64,000 nt of DNA from NCBI GenBank assembly GCA_963777955.1, contig CAVZSQ010000021.1:96001-160000 (forward strand), in the 5' to 3' direction. Numbering within the stretch: position 1 is the first letter of the stretch; each line of letters starts with the position of its first letter. The translations under genes were made by a program, and so were the position numbers. Under the pieces are notes generated by a model, which did no database searches, had not been told where the DNA came from, and was given only the letters and a program-made list of their open reading frames with translations. Positions 19,965 to 30,801 of this stretch are shown in pieces. This DNA comes from Calditrichia bacterium (lineage in GTDB: Bacteria > Calditrichota > Calditrichia > JAJRVZ01).

Positions 19965-21453
19965 CTATAACAGATTCAGGGTCAGCACAGCACTCGATAC
20001 CAGTTTACGCAGAGGTTCCCAGTATAAACCGAATACAATCATGGCCAGCGCAGTAACGGCAAGTATACCTGTATGAATCCAATTCATTTTGAGCGGGCTT
20101 TCCAGATCCATTCCGCGCAGATACATTTCACGCAAAATGCGCGCGTAATAGAACAGTGCCACCACACTGTTCAGAATACCGACCAGAACTAAAACGATAT
20201 ACCAGAATCCGCCGGCTTTAATCAGGGCGGCGAACAGATAAAATTTGCCGATAAAGCCAGCCAGGGGCGGAATTCCGGCCAGCGAAAAAAGGAAAACACC
20301 CAGAGCAATAGCCGCCGCAGGCATGCGGTAACCGAGTCCTTTGAATGCGGAAATATCCTCGCTGCCGGTGGTATCGGCAATAATCTGAACTACCGCAAAC
20401 GCCCCCAGGTTCATGAACAGGTAAATGGACAGATACAACAATATGGCATCGTAACCGCTTTGATCCAGCACCGTTACGCCCATCAGCAGATAACCGGCAT
20501 GCGCAATGGATGAATAAGCTGAATAAACGTTTCACGTTCATTTGATTGATGGCCGAGAAATTACCAAGGGTCATGGTGACCGCTGAAATCAGGCCAAGAA
20601 TTGCCAGGAGTGATGTCTTCAACTCGACATTCGCCTGGGGCAATAAAACAGATACAAACCGTAACAATAATGCAAAACCTGCTGCTTTTGGTGCCACGCT
20701 CAAAAAACCCGTAAAGGGTGTGGGTGCTCCCTGATAGACATCAGGACACCACATGTGGAAAGGTACCGCAGCAATTTTAAAGAAAATTCCGGTGAAGACC
20801 ATAAATAAGGCCACGACAATGGCTAACAGAGTCACCGTGCCGGCACCGGCCTGTAGAATTGAACTTGAATCTGACAGGATCAGCGCAATTCCGGAGAATG
20901 AGGTTGTCCCGGCCAGACCGTAAAGCAGTGACATGCCAAAGACCATGATCCCCGAAGCAACACCGCCAAAGATCACATATTTTAAGGCAGCCTCATGGGA
21001 GGAACGGTGGGTCTTCTTAAAACCGGTCAAGATATATGAAGCCAGACTTACCGTTTCCATACCCAGATAAGCCACTATTAAATCTTCGGCAGCGGCCATC
21101 AAGGAGATACCGATCACGATGGTCAATAATAAGGCCGCAAATTCAGGAAAACGACGTGCTGCTATCTCCCTGGATTGCGAGGCCAAAATTATTGTCAACC
21201 CCGCCGCACATACGGCAAAGAGCAGGAAAAAACGCGTAAACATATCAAAGCGGAATAAATTCTCGATTACTCCGCTACTCTCTATCGACAGACTGACGAT
21301 CACGGTGAGCACTAAAAAAATAATACTTAACAATGTGATTTGTTTCTGCACCGCCTCCGGATTTTTCCGGGCAAGGCCAAACAGCAGAATGACCAGAATT
21401 CCGATACTCAGAACTATTTGCGGATAAATCAACAGGATTTGTTGCACTGGCAT
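19965..21453 (-). CDS. nuoN: NADH-quinone oxidoreductase subunit N; +1 frameshift near 20521
   Basis: EAALKY, FKIAAVPFHMWCPDVYQGAPTP; corrected frame KRLFAYSSIAHAGY; SLAGIPPLAGFIGK. Confidence 0.93.
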
Positions 21454-21463
21454 GCTAATCTCC

Positions 21464-22984
21464 TTAAACCTGGAAAATCCTGATCATCGAGGTCAGGGTC
21501 GTGGTGATTAAATCCAGCGTGGGCATGGGATAGATTCCCAGGATGACGATTAACGCAGCCAGAGGATAGAGGGTAAAACGTTCACGCCAGTTCAGATCAG
21601 GCAGATTAGCATATTTATCATTCAATTTACCCAGGAACATTCTCTGCAGCGCCCATAAATAATAGGCCGCCGTAATAATCAGGGTCAAAGCCGAAGCAAT
21701 AGTAATAGCACGATACACGGGGAAAGCCCCCAGAAATACCAGGATTTCACTGATGAAGCCAGCCAAACCCGGCAAACCTAAAGAGGCCATGAATGCCAGG
21801 CCCAGCAAGCCGGTATACTCCGGCATCTGGTAGGCTAACCCGCCAAAACCATCAATCTCACGATGATGGGCGCGATCATAGATCACTCCTGCCAGCAGGA
21901 AGAGCATCGGGCTGATCAACCCGTGCGTCCACATTTGCAGCACGGCACCCGTAATACCCTGATCGGTGAAGGCTGCCATGCCCAACAGTACAAAACCCAT
22001 ATGACTGACCGAAGAGTAGGCAATTAACTTTTTCAGATCTTTTTGAGCCATGCAGACAAAGGCAGCATAGACGATGCTGATACCGCCCAAAATGGCCAGG
22101 GCCGGTGCAGCCCAGACCGTGGCCTCGGGAAGAATTCCAAAGTTGATACGCAGTATACCGTATCCCCCCATTTTCAGCAGAATACCAGCCAGAATAACCG
22201 ATATCGGCGTCGGTGCCTCCACGTGTGCATCCGGAAGCCAGGTATGGAAGGGCACCATCGGAATTTTAATGGCAAAACCGATGAACAACATCACAAAAAT
22301 AATCCTGGGAAATTCAAAACCGAGCAGAGGCGCTGCTGTGGAAAAATCGTTTTCATTGATCAATTTTATAATATTGAAAGTATGTTCCGTTGGTGTACCA
22401 TCGACCAGGGTCGACGGATTAGAATTGTAGTACAAGGCAATCAGGGCTATCAGCATCAATAACGATCCGAACAATGTGTACAGGAAGAACTTAATAGCTG
22501 CATATTCCTTGCGCGGACCTCCCCAGATTCCGATCAGAAAATACATGGGCAGCAACATGACTTCCCAGAACACGTAGAACAGAAAAAAATCCAGGGCGCA
22601 GAAAGTCCCCAGCATTCCGGTTTCCAATAACAAAAAGAGTGAAAAATATCCGCGAATCTTCTTCTCGATTCCCCAGGATGAAATGGCGGCGATGAATGTA
22701 ATCAGTACCGTCAGCAGGATCAGCAGGATAGAAAGTCCATCAACGCCGACATAATATTCAATATTAAACGAACGGATCCAGACAAAATGGTGCTGGAATT
22801 GTATACCTGTATTGCCCGGATCAAACCTGGTCAGCAGGTAGATACACAGGACCAGGGGCAACGCCGCAGCGATCGTGGCCGTCCAGCGAATGGCCTGTTT
22901 TTTTTCTTCCGGGAACAGCAGGATGATGGGAATGGCCAGCAGGGGCAGAAAGATGATCCAGGATAAAATCGTAGATTCCGTCAT
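21464..22984 (-). CDS. nuoM: NADH-quinone oxidoreductase subunit M
   Basis: FWEVMLLPMY, PFHTWLPDAHVEAPT, LLKMGGYG, AYSSVSHMG. Confidence 0.96.
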   Translation of the reverse strand: MTESTILSWIIFLPLLAIPIILLFPEEKKQAIRWTATIAAALPLVLCIYLLTRFDPGNTGIQFQHHFVWIRSFNIEYYVGVDGLSILLILLTVLITFIAAISSWGIEKKIRGYFSLFLLLETGMLGTFCALDFFLFYVFWEVMLLPMYFLIGIWGGPRKEYAAIKFFLYTLFGSLLMLIALIALYYNSNPSTLVDGTPTEHTFNIIKLINENDFSTAAPLLGFEFPRIIFVMLFIGFAIKIPMVPFHTWLPDAHVEAPTPISVILAGILLKMGGYGILRINFGILPEATVWAAPALAILGGISIVYAAFVCMAQKDLKKLIAYSSVSHMGFVLLGMAAFTDQGITGAVLQMWTHGLISPMLFLLAGVIYDRAHHREIDGFGGLAYQMPEYTGLLGLAFMASLGLPGLAGFISEILVFLGAFPVYRAITIASALTLIITAAYYLWALQRMFLGKLNDKYANLPDLNWRERFTLYPLAALIVILGIYPMPTLDLITTTLTSMIRIFQV

Positions 22985-23000
22985 AAAAACTCCGTTATCT

Positions 23001-25127
23001 TTATAGAATAAAACGAATTATAATCAGGGTCAGGCCGCCGCCCAGGAGAATATAAATATAAGTCTGAATTCTGCCCGTTTGTACCTGGCGGATCGTTTGA
23101 CCAAATTTACCGCTAAGATTGGCCAGGCCATTAACCGCTCCATCAATCACATAGGTATCATGCAGCCCGTTGAGCCAGGAAAAAAGACGGCCGATGTAAG
23201 CAATCAGATTTACCAGGCCATCAATAATATAGGTATCAAACCAACCACAGATTTTTGAAAATATTACCGAGCCGTTGATCATGGTGGACTGGTACAGTTC
23301 ATCTATATAATATTTATTGAACACCAGGCGATGCAGGCCCGGAAACATTTTTTTAAACCCGAGGGGTACTTTCGACCGGTAATCTTTAAAGAAAATATAG
23401 GCAAACACAAATCCGCTAAGAGCAATACCGATCGATGTGATCAGCAGCAGCCATTCCATGGTAGACGGATATTCCTGCCAGCTCAGCAGTTCGCTGACCG
23501 GCTCAAATACAGGTTCTAACCAACCTTCCAGCCAGTTGGGCAGGTGCCACAAATGTGGTAAACCGATTACACCGCCTATAATGGATAACACTCCCAGTAT
23601 CTGTAAAATCCGGGTAATAGTCGGCGGTGATTCATGTAAATGTGTTTCGGCAGACTGGCCGCCGCGAAAAGTTCCGCTAAAGGTCATAAAATAAGAGCGG
23701 AACATATAAAATGAAGTTAAAACGGCAGCAACGGCTCCCAGTAACCACAGCAGTTGGCCAGGAACCAGGGTATTGGAATTTGAAAAGGCTTTCCACAGAA
23801 TTTCATCTTTGGAAAAGAATCCGGACATAAACGGGAAACCGGCAATTGCGCAACAGGCGGCCAGGTAGGTCCAGCGGGTGACGGGCATATGTTTACTCAA
23901 ACCACCCATGTTGCGCATATCCTGCGGATCAGCATGATGATTATTCATCTGCTGATAGACGTGATGCATGGCATGGATCACACTGCCAGAACCGAGAAAG
24001 AGACAGGCCTTAAAAAAAGCATGGGTTAACAGGTGAAAAATTCCTACCCAATAAGCGCCAACCCCCACCCCTATAAACATAAATCCTAACTGACTGATCG
24101 TCGAGTAGGCCAGAACCTTTTTAATATCAAATTGAAACAAACCGATCGTCGCTGCAAAAAGTGCAGTCAGCGCACCTACGACAGCCACAACAGTCATAGC
24201 CGTGGCCGATAAGGCGAACAGGAAATTCAGGCGGGCCACCATATAAACACCGGCCGTAACCATGGTCGCAGCATGGATTAACGCTGAAACCGGAGTCGGA
24301 CCGGCCATGGCGTCGGGCAACCATACATATAGCGGAATTTGTGCGCTTTTGGCAGTGGCACCCCAGAAAAATAACAGACATACCAGTGTTGGTACGGCCA
24401 TACCCCAGATTTTTTGATCCGCCAGTAAGGGAGCAAATTCCTGTACCTGGCGAAATACCAGTGTTAAACGCTCCGGATATAAAAACGAATAATCAGCACC
24501 CTGCCAGCTTCCGCCAAGCGCCCAGAGCAGTACAATCACTCCTATGGTAAATCCGAAATCACCCACCCGGTTAGTGATAAAGGCCTTCATCCCGGCCTGG
24601 GCATTTTTCAGATCCTGATACCAGAAGGAAATCAACAGATAGGAACACAGGCCAACCCCTTCCCAGCCGATAAACATCAGTAGAAAATTATCCCCCAGGA
24701 TCAAAGTGAGCATGGAAAACATAAAAAGATTCATATAAGCAAAAAAGCGCCAGTAACCAGGGTCCTTATGCATATAGCCGATACTGTAAATATGGATCAG
24801 CGTACCGACAAAAGTTATCATCAGCGTCATAACAGCAGCCAGGGTATCGAACCAGAAGGCCATGGGGATGGAAAAACTGCCGATTTTAATCCAATCAAAC
24901 AGGTAACAGAGGAGTTGGCGGGATTCAGCCGGTTGGTGTAATAATTGTATAAAATAATAAACGGTAATTAAAAATGAGGCGGTCGGGAAGGATACGGCAA
25001 GCGCATGAATGGGCCTTTCACCGTAACGGCGATGAATCTTTAATCCGAATACACCATTTATAAATGCACCCAGTAACGGTAATACCGGTATTAACCAGAG
25101 CCACTGTACTTGTATATTCTGCTGCAA
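23001..25127 (-). CDS. nuoL: NADH-quinone oxidoreductase subunit L
   Basis: GWEGVGLCSY, NRVGD, KSAQIPLYVWLPDAMAGPTPVSALIHAATMV, HAFFKA. Confidence 0.96.
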   Translation of the reverse strand: MQQNIQVQWLWLIPVLPLLGAFINGVFGLKIHRRYGERPIHALAVSFPTASFLITVYYFIQLLHQPAESRQLLCYLFDWIKIGSFSIPMAFWFDTLAAVMTLMITFVGTLIHIYSIGYMHKDPGYWRFFAYMNLFMFSMLTLILGDNFLLMFIGWEGVGLCSYLLISFWYQDLKNAQAGMKAFITNRVGDFGFTIGVIVLLWALGGSWQGADYSFLYPERLTLVFRQVQEFAPLLADQKIWGMAVPTLVCLLFFWGATAKSAQIPLYVWLPDAMAGPTPVSALIHAATMVTAGVYMVARLNFLFALSATAMTVVAVVGALTALFAATIGLFQFDIKKVLAYSTISQLGFMFIGVGVGAYWVGIFHLLTHAFFKACLFLGSGSVIHAMHHVYQQMNNHHADPQDMRNMGGLSKHMPVTRWTYLAACCAIAGFPFMSGFFSKDEILWKAFSNSNTLVPGQLLWLLGAVAAVLTSFYMFRSYFMTFSGTFRGGQSAETHLHESPPTITRILQILGVLSIIGGVIGLPHLWHLPNWLEGWLEPVFEPVSELLSWQEYPSTMEWLLLITSIGIALSGFVFAYIFFKDYRSKVPLGFKKMFPGLHRLVFNKYYIDELYQSTMINGSVIFSKICGWFDTYIIDGLVNLIAYIGRLFSWLNGLHDTYVIDGAVNGLANLSGKFGQTIRQVQTGRIQTYIYILLGGGLTLIIIRFIL

Positions 25128-25131
25128 ATGC

Positions 25132-25446
25132 TTACTCCTTTAACTCGATCGTCAGGGCGGCATCGATATGTTTGAAAGAGCGGAAAATAGACAGCACAAT
25201 GGCCATGGCGATTGCCGCCTCAGCCGCTGCCAGTACGATCACAAAAAGTGCGAAGATCTGCCCGGAAATATTTTGTTCAATAAAATGGGCGAAGGCTACT
25301 AAATTGATATTGGTGGCATTAAGGATCAATTCCACACCCATCAGCAAACCAATCGCATTACGCCTGGCCAGTACACAGATCAAGCCCAGGGAAAACAGTA
25401 AAGCAGCCACAACCAGATAATGTGTCAAGCCAATGGTCAGATTCAT
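25132..25446 (-). CDS. nuoK: NADH-quinone oxidoreductase subunit K
   Basis: RRNAIGLLMGVELILNA, AAAEAA. Confidence 0.95.
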   Translation of the reverse strand: MNLTIGLTHYLVVAALLFSLGLICVLARRNAIGLLMGVELILNATNINLVAFAHFIEQNISGQIFALFVIVLAAAEAAIAMAIVLSIFRSFKHIDAALTIELKE

Positions 25447-25973
25447 GAACGGGGCTCCTTGATTTCCTCCGGTTTGATTTCTTTACGCACCATCATTACC
25501 GCACCGATCATTGTCGCCAGCAACACTAAAGATAATATTTCAAAAGGAATTAAATATTTCCCCAGCAGAGAGTCGCCGATCAGGGTTATTGTGGAAGGAA
25601 CTTCAACCGGAGTTTTTTCCGCTACAGGGAATTTAACTGCTATAGTGATCAATAATAAAGCACTGATCAGCCCGAACATACCGGCCAGCAGCAATTTTCG
25701 CGTTGGATTGGATAGTTTTGCCTCCTGAATATTACGGGTTAACATTATTGCGAACAGAATGACGATCAGAACTCCGCCCACATAGACCAGAATTTGCACC
25801 GCTGCTAAAAAATTGGCGCTCAGCAGACCATAGAGACCTGCTACCCCGGCAAAGGTACCCAATAAAGCAAAACCGGAATGTACTATATTTTTCGAAAAGG
25901 CTACCACCGCTGCAAAGATTAAAACTGTGCAGGCCAGAAAATAGAATAGTATATCGGCAAAAGTCAGAATCAT
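25443..25973 (-). CDS. nuoJ: NADH-quinone oxidoreductase subunit J
   Basis: QILVYVGGV, PFEILSLVLL. Confidence 0.94.
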   Translation of the reverse strand: MILTFADILFYFLACTVLIFAAVVAFSKNIVHSGFALLGTFAGVAGLYGLLSANFLAAVQILVYVGGVLIVILFAIMLTRNIQEAKLSNPTRKLLLAGMFGLISALLLITIAVKFPVAEKTPVEVPSTITLIGDSLLGKYLIPFEILSLVLLATMIGAVMMVRKEIKPEEIKEPRS

Positions 25974-26581
25974 TATGATTTTCCCCCGGCAGGATTTTTC
26001 GGTTTCCAGCGTACTTCGCCCCGTACTGTATCGGCGTCCAGGGACGCCGCAGCGTCCCAGGTTTTATGCACCTGGTGAAAAGCCTCATTCTGAGGTATGC
26101 TTTCCGGGTCCTGATCCTTCACCGGTTTATATACCGGAATTTTGTCCCCATAACGGACATAGTGTAATACCAGATTGATGACATTGGCACTGCTGGCTTC
26201 GAAGTCAGTGCTATGCCGGATGGAACCGGTCGGACATACTTCACTGCATAATCCGCAGAACATACATTTTGCGATATCGATATCAAACAGGGTTATAAAA
26301 TTCTTCTTCGCTTCTACATCTCTGAAGGTCTCAATCTTAATTATATCGATAGGACAACGTTTCATACAGGCCAGGCAACCGGTACAGATTTTTATATCCA
26401 CTTCCAGAACACCGCGATACGTGGCGGGCAGCATCTCCTGAACCGGTTTGGGAATACGGTCAGGATATTGAATCGTCATTGGCTTACGGGCCAGATAGGA
26501 CAGGGTGACAGCCATCCCCTCGAAAATCGAAACGAAAGCATTCTTTATATTGACAAAATAATTCTTTATGGCTGATACCAC
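25973..26581 (-). CDS. nuoI: NADH-quinone oxidoreductase subunit I (2x[4Fe-4S])
   Basis: TIQYP, CTGCLACMKRCP and CMFCGLCSEVCP. Confidence 0.94.
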   Translation of the reverse strand: MVSAIKNYFVNIKNAFVSIFEGMAVTLSYLARKPMTIQYPDRIPKPVQEMLPATYRGVLEVDIKICTGCLACMKRCPIDIIKIETFRDVEAKKNFITLFDIDIAKCMFCGLCSEVCPTGSIRHSTDFEASSANVINLVLHYVRYGDKIPVYKPVKDQDPESIPQNEAFHQVHKTWDAAASLDADTVRGEVRWKPKNPAGGKS

Positions 26582-26585
26582 TCAA

Positions 26586-27819
26586 TCACTCCCATATCTT
26601 TAAGTAGATTTTATCCTTGAGTGCGCGAATGTTATAAACAGAGCGTGCCAGCAGGGCCAGGACCAGCCCAAAGCCCAATATTGTCAGCACAATTTTTAAA
26701 CTGAAATGAAACCAGTTCCAGGCCGTGGTTTGCGGTAAGATTGCAAACAGGGCTGAACCCATCAGACATACAAATCCGATTGGTACGAAATATTTCCAGC
26801 ACATAACCATTAATTGGTCCACCCGCAAGCGGGGCAGAGTCCAGCGTATCCAGATTACTATAAAAACAAAGAGAAGTGTTTTGGTGAAAAAAACAGACTA
26901 CACTGGCCAAAATCCATAAATATTTCGCTGCGCCGGCGGACTGACTGATAACTGCTCCAAGATCGGCTATCCCCGGTATCTGCCAGCCGCCCAAAAATAA
27001 AGTCGTTATTATCGCTGACATCACCCACAGGTTAGCCCACTCGGCAAAGAAAAAGAAGACAAAACGCATACCGGAATATTCAGTCAAATAACCCGCAACC
27101 AGTTCGCTTTCCGCTTCCGGTAAATCAAAGGGCGTACGGTTCCCTTCAGCTAATATCGAGGAAAAGAAAATAAAAAAAGCGATAAAAGAGAACGGATTAT
27201 TAAAAATGAACCAGTACCACGGCCAGCCCCCCTGCTGCTTAATAATTTCCTGCATATTCAGGGTTCCGGCCAGGACTACAATGGTCAGCACTGCCAGTCC
27301 GGTCGGGATTTCATAAGAGACAATTTGCGCGGCACTGCGAATACCGCCCAGCAGCGACCACTTATTATTGCTGGACCAGCCGGCCATTAATACACCCAGC
27401 ACTACAAACGTGGTAATTGCCGATATATAGAAAATACCGATATCAATATTTGAAGCAACCAGACCGTAACCGAACGGCAGGGCCGCAAAGGCGGCAAAAC
27501 ATCCGGCAAAAACGAGATAAGGAGCAAAGCGAAAAAGAGGTTTATCCACCGCCTGCGGAATCACATCTTCTTTTAAAAAACATTTCAGACCATCGGCAAT
27601 CCACTGAAAAGAACCTCCGGGACCAACGCGATTCGGACCAATGCGCGACTGCATTCTGCCGGCAAAACGGCGTTCAGCCCAGGAAGTAACTCCGGCAAAA
27701 GTCGCCATAAAAACCAGAACCACCGCCGCAACCGTCAGAATCCACAGCATCGTTACCAGCGTCATCATTCCTGGATTTAATTGCCAGTCAACTGATAGAG
27801 AATTAAAAAGTTCTTGCAT
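26586..27819 (-). CDS. nuoH: NADH-quinone oxidoreductase subunit H; +1 frameshift in a T-run near 26890
   Basis: [36 protein letters not shown]; corrected frame [16 protein letters not shown]. Confidence 0.94.
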
Positions 27820-27857
27820 ATTATATTACAGATTTTGTTATTTGCATTAATTTAGTA

Positions 27858-27930
27858 GCTTCATAATTCCTTAGTTCCTTAGTTCCTTAGTGTCCTTAGT
27901 TCCTTTGTCTCTCTGTCCCTTTGTCCCTTT
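27858..27930. repeat. Degenerate tandem 8-bp repeat (8-9 units, consensus GT(T/C)CCTT(A/T)) in the nuoD-nuoH spacer
   Basis: gcttcata attcctta gttcctta gttcctta gtgtcctta gttccttt gtctctct gtcccttt gtcccttt. Confidence 0.85.
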
Positions 27931-27933
27931 ATT

Positions 27934-29067
27934 TTATCTATCCACCTCAGGGGCCACTACATCCAGGCTGCCGAAACAAGCGGTTAAATCTGCCACCATC
28001 ATACCGGGAACGATCTTTGGCAAAATCGCCATGGCCAGAAACGATCCGGTTCTTATTTTAGTACGATAGGCAGTGTCGGTGCCATCACTGATAACATGAA
28101 AACCCATTTCACCACGGGCACTCTCCACGCGACTGTAAACTTCACCCGCAGGTACGACAGGATTCCGTAATATCTTAGTCTGATACTCCCCTTCGGCCAG
28201 GCCTTCAATCGCCTGCCGCACTATCCTGGCCGATTCCTCCATTTCCTCTATGCGGACCATATAACGTGCATAGGAATCACCCGCCTCGCCTCTGTACCTG
28301 CCGCCGGTTACCACTTTAAATTTGAATTCCGGATAAACACTGTAGGGAAAATCACGGCGCAGATCGAAGTCAATGCCTGAGGCGCGCAGGTTAGGACCAC
28401 CCAGACTATAATCGATAGCCAGTTGCGCCGGGATCACTCCGACGTGAATCAGGCGTTTTTCAAAAATTTCATTGCCGGTAATCAAGCGGTTAAATTCAGG
28501 AATAAAATTTTCGAAGCGATTCAGAAAATCCAGGATTTCCTTATCCAGCCCGGGCATGAAATCGCGACAGACTCCTCCTATGCGCAGGTAATTATAATTC
28601 AGCCGGGCACCGCATATTTTTTCCATGATATCGTTGACTTTTTCCCGTTCACGGATACCGTGCAGAAATGGTGTAAAAGCACCCAGGTCCATAGCCATTG
28701 TACCACAGGCGATCAGATGACTGATGATACGGTTTAACTCACAGGCAATCACCCGTAAATATTCCGCCCGGCGGGGAACCTGTATGCCTAATAATTTTTC
28801 TACGGCCATGCACCAGGCCTGATTACCAAACATAGCGGCCAGATAATCCACACGATCAGTATAAGGAATGAATCCGGTGTACTGGGTCAGTTCCGAGATC
28901 TTCTCGATGGAGCGGTGTAAATATCCGACGTGGGGATCGACCGCTTGTATGACTTCACCCTTCAATTGCAATCGCAGATTGATCACACCATGGGTAGAAG
29001 GATGCTGCGGCCCCATGTTGACTACTGTCGATTCGGTATCCAGAGTTTCTACCATCAGTTTGGTCAT
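27934..29067 (-). CDS. nuoD: NADH-quinone oxidoreductase subunit D
   Basis: NMGPQHPSTHGV, GYLHRSIEK, DRVDY, ESARGE, C-terminal EVDR; no NiFe CxxC motifs. Confidence 0.95.
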   Translation of the reverse strand: MTKLMVETLDTESTVVNMGPQHPSTHGVINLRLQLKGEVIQAVDPHVGYLHRSIEKISELTQYTGFIPYTDRVDYLAAMFGNQAWCMAVEKLLGIQVPRRAEYLRVIACELNRIISHLIACGTMAMDLGAFTPFLHGIREREKVNDIMEKICGARLNYNYLRIGGVCRDFMPGLDKEILDFLNRFENFIPEFNRLITGNEIFEKRLIHVGVIPAQLAIDYSLGGPNLRASGIDFDLRRDFPYSVYPEFKFKVVTGGRYRGEAGDSYARYMVRIEEMEESARIVRQAIEGLAEGEYQTKILRNPVVPAGEVYSRVESARGEMGFHVISDGTDTAYRTKIRTGSFLAMAILPKIVPGMMVADLTACFGSLDVVAPEVDR

Positions 29068-29071
29068 CTGC

Positions 29072-29680
29072 TTATCCCGCCGTGGATTTCTGGTTTTGAT
29101 CACTGGAATTCATCGATGGTGTATTTGCCGAAGATGTACCACTTGCCGGGTCAATAGTTTTTTCCTGCTGGGAGGCTGTTCTGACTTGAACCAGTAATTG
29201 ATGAGGATCCGGCCGGTCACAGGGAATGCCATGATAATCTGCAGGTGCCTGATAATCTTTACGCAGGGGATGCCCAATCCAGTCGTCGGGCATCATAATT
29301 CTTCTCAGATCGGGATGACCCTGGAACTGAATTCCGACCAGATCGTAGGCCTCGCGTTCGAACCACTCAGCGGCAGGGTATAATTGCGTAAGGCTGGATA
29401 ATGCGGGATTGTCTTTCGGAATCAGAACTTTGATCATGACCTCGAACTTGCCTGCTAATGAACGAATCTGATAAACAACTCCCAGCGCAGTCTCATAGTC
29501 GATCCCGGAGAGACAGGCCAGATAATTCATCGCCAGATTATTTTTTAATATTTGAATCACCTGAATTAAATCGGCAGGTTGAACCAGCAGCCAGGGATCC
29601 CCGGCTTGTCCCTGCTGAAGTTCGATTTTGGCAGCCGGTAACAGACTTTGCAGAGCTGATTGAATTTCATTAGCCGTCAT
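29072..29680 (-). CDS. nuoC: NADH-quinone oxidoreductase subunit C
   Basis: WFEREAYDLVGIQFQGHPDLRRI, GHPLRKDY. Confidence 0.95.
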   Translation of the reverse strand: MTANEIQSALQSLLPAAKIELQQGQAGDPWLLVQPADLIQVIQILKNNLAMNYLACLSGIDYETALGVVYQIRSLAGKFEVMIKVLIPKDNPALSSLTQLYPAAEWFEREAYDLVGIQFQGHPDLRRIMMPDDWIGHPLRKDYQAPADYHGIPCDRPDPHQLLVQVRTASQQEKTIDPASGTSSANTPSMNSSDQNQKSTAG

Positions 29681-30189
29681 CGTGCAATTTTCTCCGAATC
29701 CATCTTCATGCGTACGACCCAGCGTTCTTTTTCGATCTTTTTCTGTATATTCAGCAAGGCTTCATTAAGCGCCTCCGGCCGGGGCGCACAACCCGGTAAA
29801 TACATATCGACCGGAATCACTTTATCGATGCCTTTGACCACGGAGTATCCTTTCTGGAACAAACCGCCGCAATTAGCACAGGCGCCCATGGCCAGAACAT
29901 ATTTGGGTTCCGGCATCTGGTCATATAAACGGCGGACTGCCTCCGCCATTTTATAGGTGACCGAACCGGCAACCAGCAGTACATCGGCCTGGCGCGGTGT
30001 AGCCCGGAAGACCATGCCGAAGCGGTCCAGGTCAGTTCGCGGACCCCCGGTTTGCATCAATTCAATACCACAACAGGCCGTCGCAAACAACAGATACCAT
30101 AATGAATTTCTGCGGGGCCAATTCAGCAGCCAGTCTATTTTTGTAGGCATAACCATGCCTTCCGCCCATTCATATTCGCTCATTGTCAT
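29677..30189 (-). CDS. nuoB: NADH-quinone oxidoreductase subunit B
   Basis: ACCGIE, RATPRQAD, QMPEPKYVLAMGACA, VDMYLPGCAPRPE. Confidence 0.96.
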   Translation of the reverse strand: MTMSEYEWAEGMVMPTKIDWLLNWPRRNSLWYLLFATACCGIELMQTGGPRTDLDRFGMVFRATPRQADVLLVAGSVTYKMAEAVRRLYDQMPEPKYVLAMGACANCGGLFQKGYSVVKGIDKVIPVDMYLPGCAPRPEALNEALLNIQKKIEKERWVVRMKMDSEKIAR

Positions 30190-30587
30190 TCCTGTTCATA
30201 ATTTTTGTCTTCAATTTTTTTGATCCATTCCAGATCCCCGCGGGCCCATAAGAATATCAAGCCAACAACCAGGATCACCACAAAGATCAGGATTTCGATA
30301 AAGGCCACCAGACCATTCCCGGCCTTAGCCCAATTACGTAAAACGGTGATGACCGGGAAGGTCAGGACTATTTCTACATCGAATATCAGAAAAATTAAGG
30401 CCAGCATATAAAAACGGGGATTAAAATTGTACCAGCCACTGCCGATGGGCGGCTCTCCGCATTCATAGGTTTCATTCCGCTTTTGTCCCATCCGCCGCGG
30501 ACGGATCAGGGCACCCAGGGCCAGAGCGATAAAAACAAATCCAAGGCCCAGGGCCAGAAATATGAAGATTAAACTGAATTCAAACAA
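30186..30587 (-). CDS. nuoA: NADH-quinone oxidoreductase subunit A
   Basis: YECGE, FLIFDVE, GDLEW; TTG start. Confidence 0.95.
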   Translation of the reverse strand: MFEFSLIFIFLALGLGFVFIALALGALIRPRRMGQKRNETYECGEPPIGSGWYNFNPRFYMLALIFLIFDVEIVLTFPVITVLRNWAKAGNGLVAFIEILIFVVILVVGLIFLWARGDLEWIKKIEDKNYEQE

Positions 30588-30633
30588 TTTGCAGGCACCC
30601 CGGTCTTACTTTAACACTTTTTGCAAGATGGGG

Positions 30634-30662
30634 ATTTTAATTATTTTCAAAGTATAAATCAA
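30634..30662 (-). promoter_or_regulatory. Putative sigma70 promoter of the nuo operon
   Basis: TTGATT-N17-TAAAAT on the minus strand. Confidence 0.5.
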
Positions 30663-30801
30663 GCAGAAAAACTATCAGGATAAATATAAGTATCTCCGGA
30701 AAAAATAGGTATACAAAAAAATGTAAAAATATGCAGAAAATTAATGTGGCAACCCTATTTTAGCGGATCCGGCCTGATATGTTACGGTTGCGGGGAAATG
30801 A

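Noticed and set aside
27858..27930. Possible CRISPR array
   Set aside because: Units are 8 bp, contiguous and without spacers; no cas genes in the window.
27934..30189. Group 4 [NiFe] hydrogenase or Mbx-type complex
   Set aside because: The large subunit lacks both CxxC Ni-binding motifs, NuoB has the tandem CC of complex I, and the gene set matches nuo.
30588..30801. Riboswitch, tRNA or other ncRNA in this and the other longer intergenic regions
   Set aside because: No cloverleaf or recognisable aptamer motif by eye; an Rfam/Infernal scan would be needed to exclude one.
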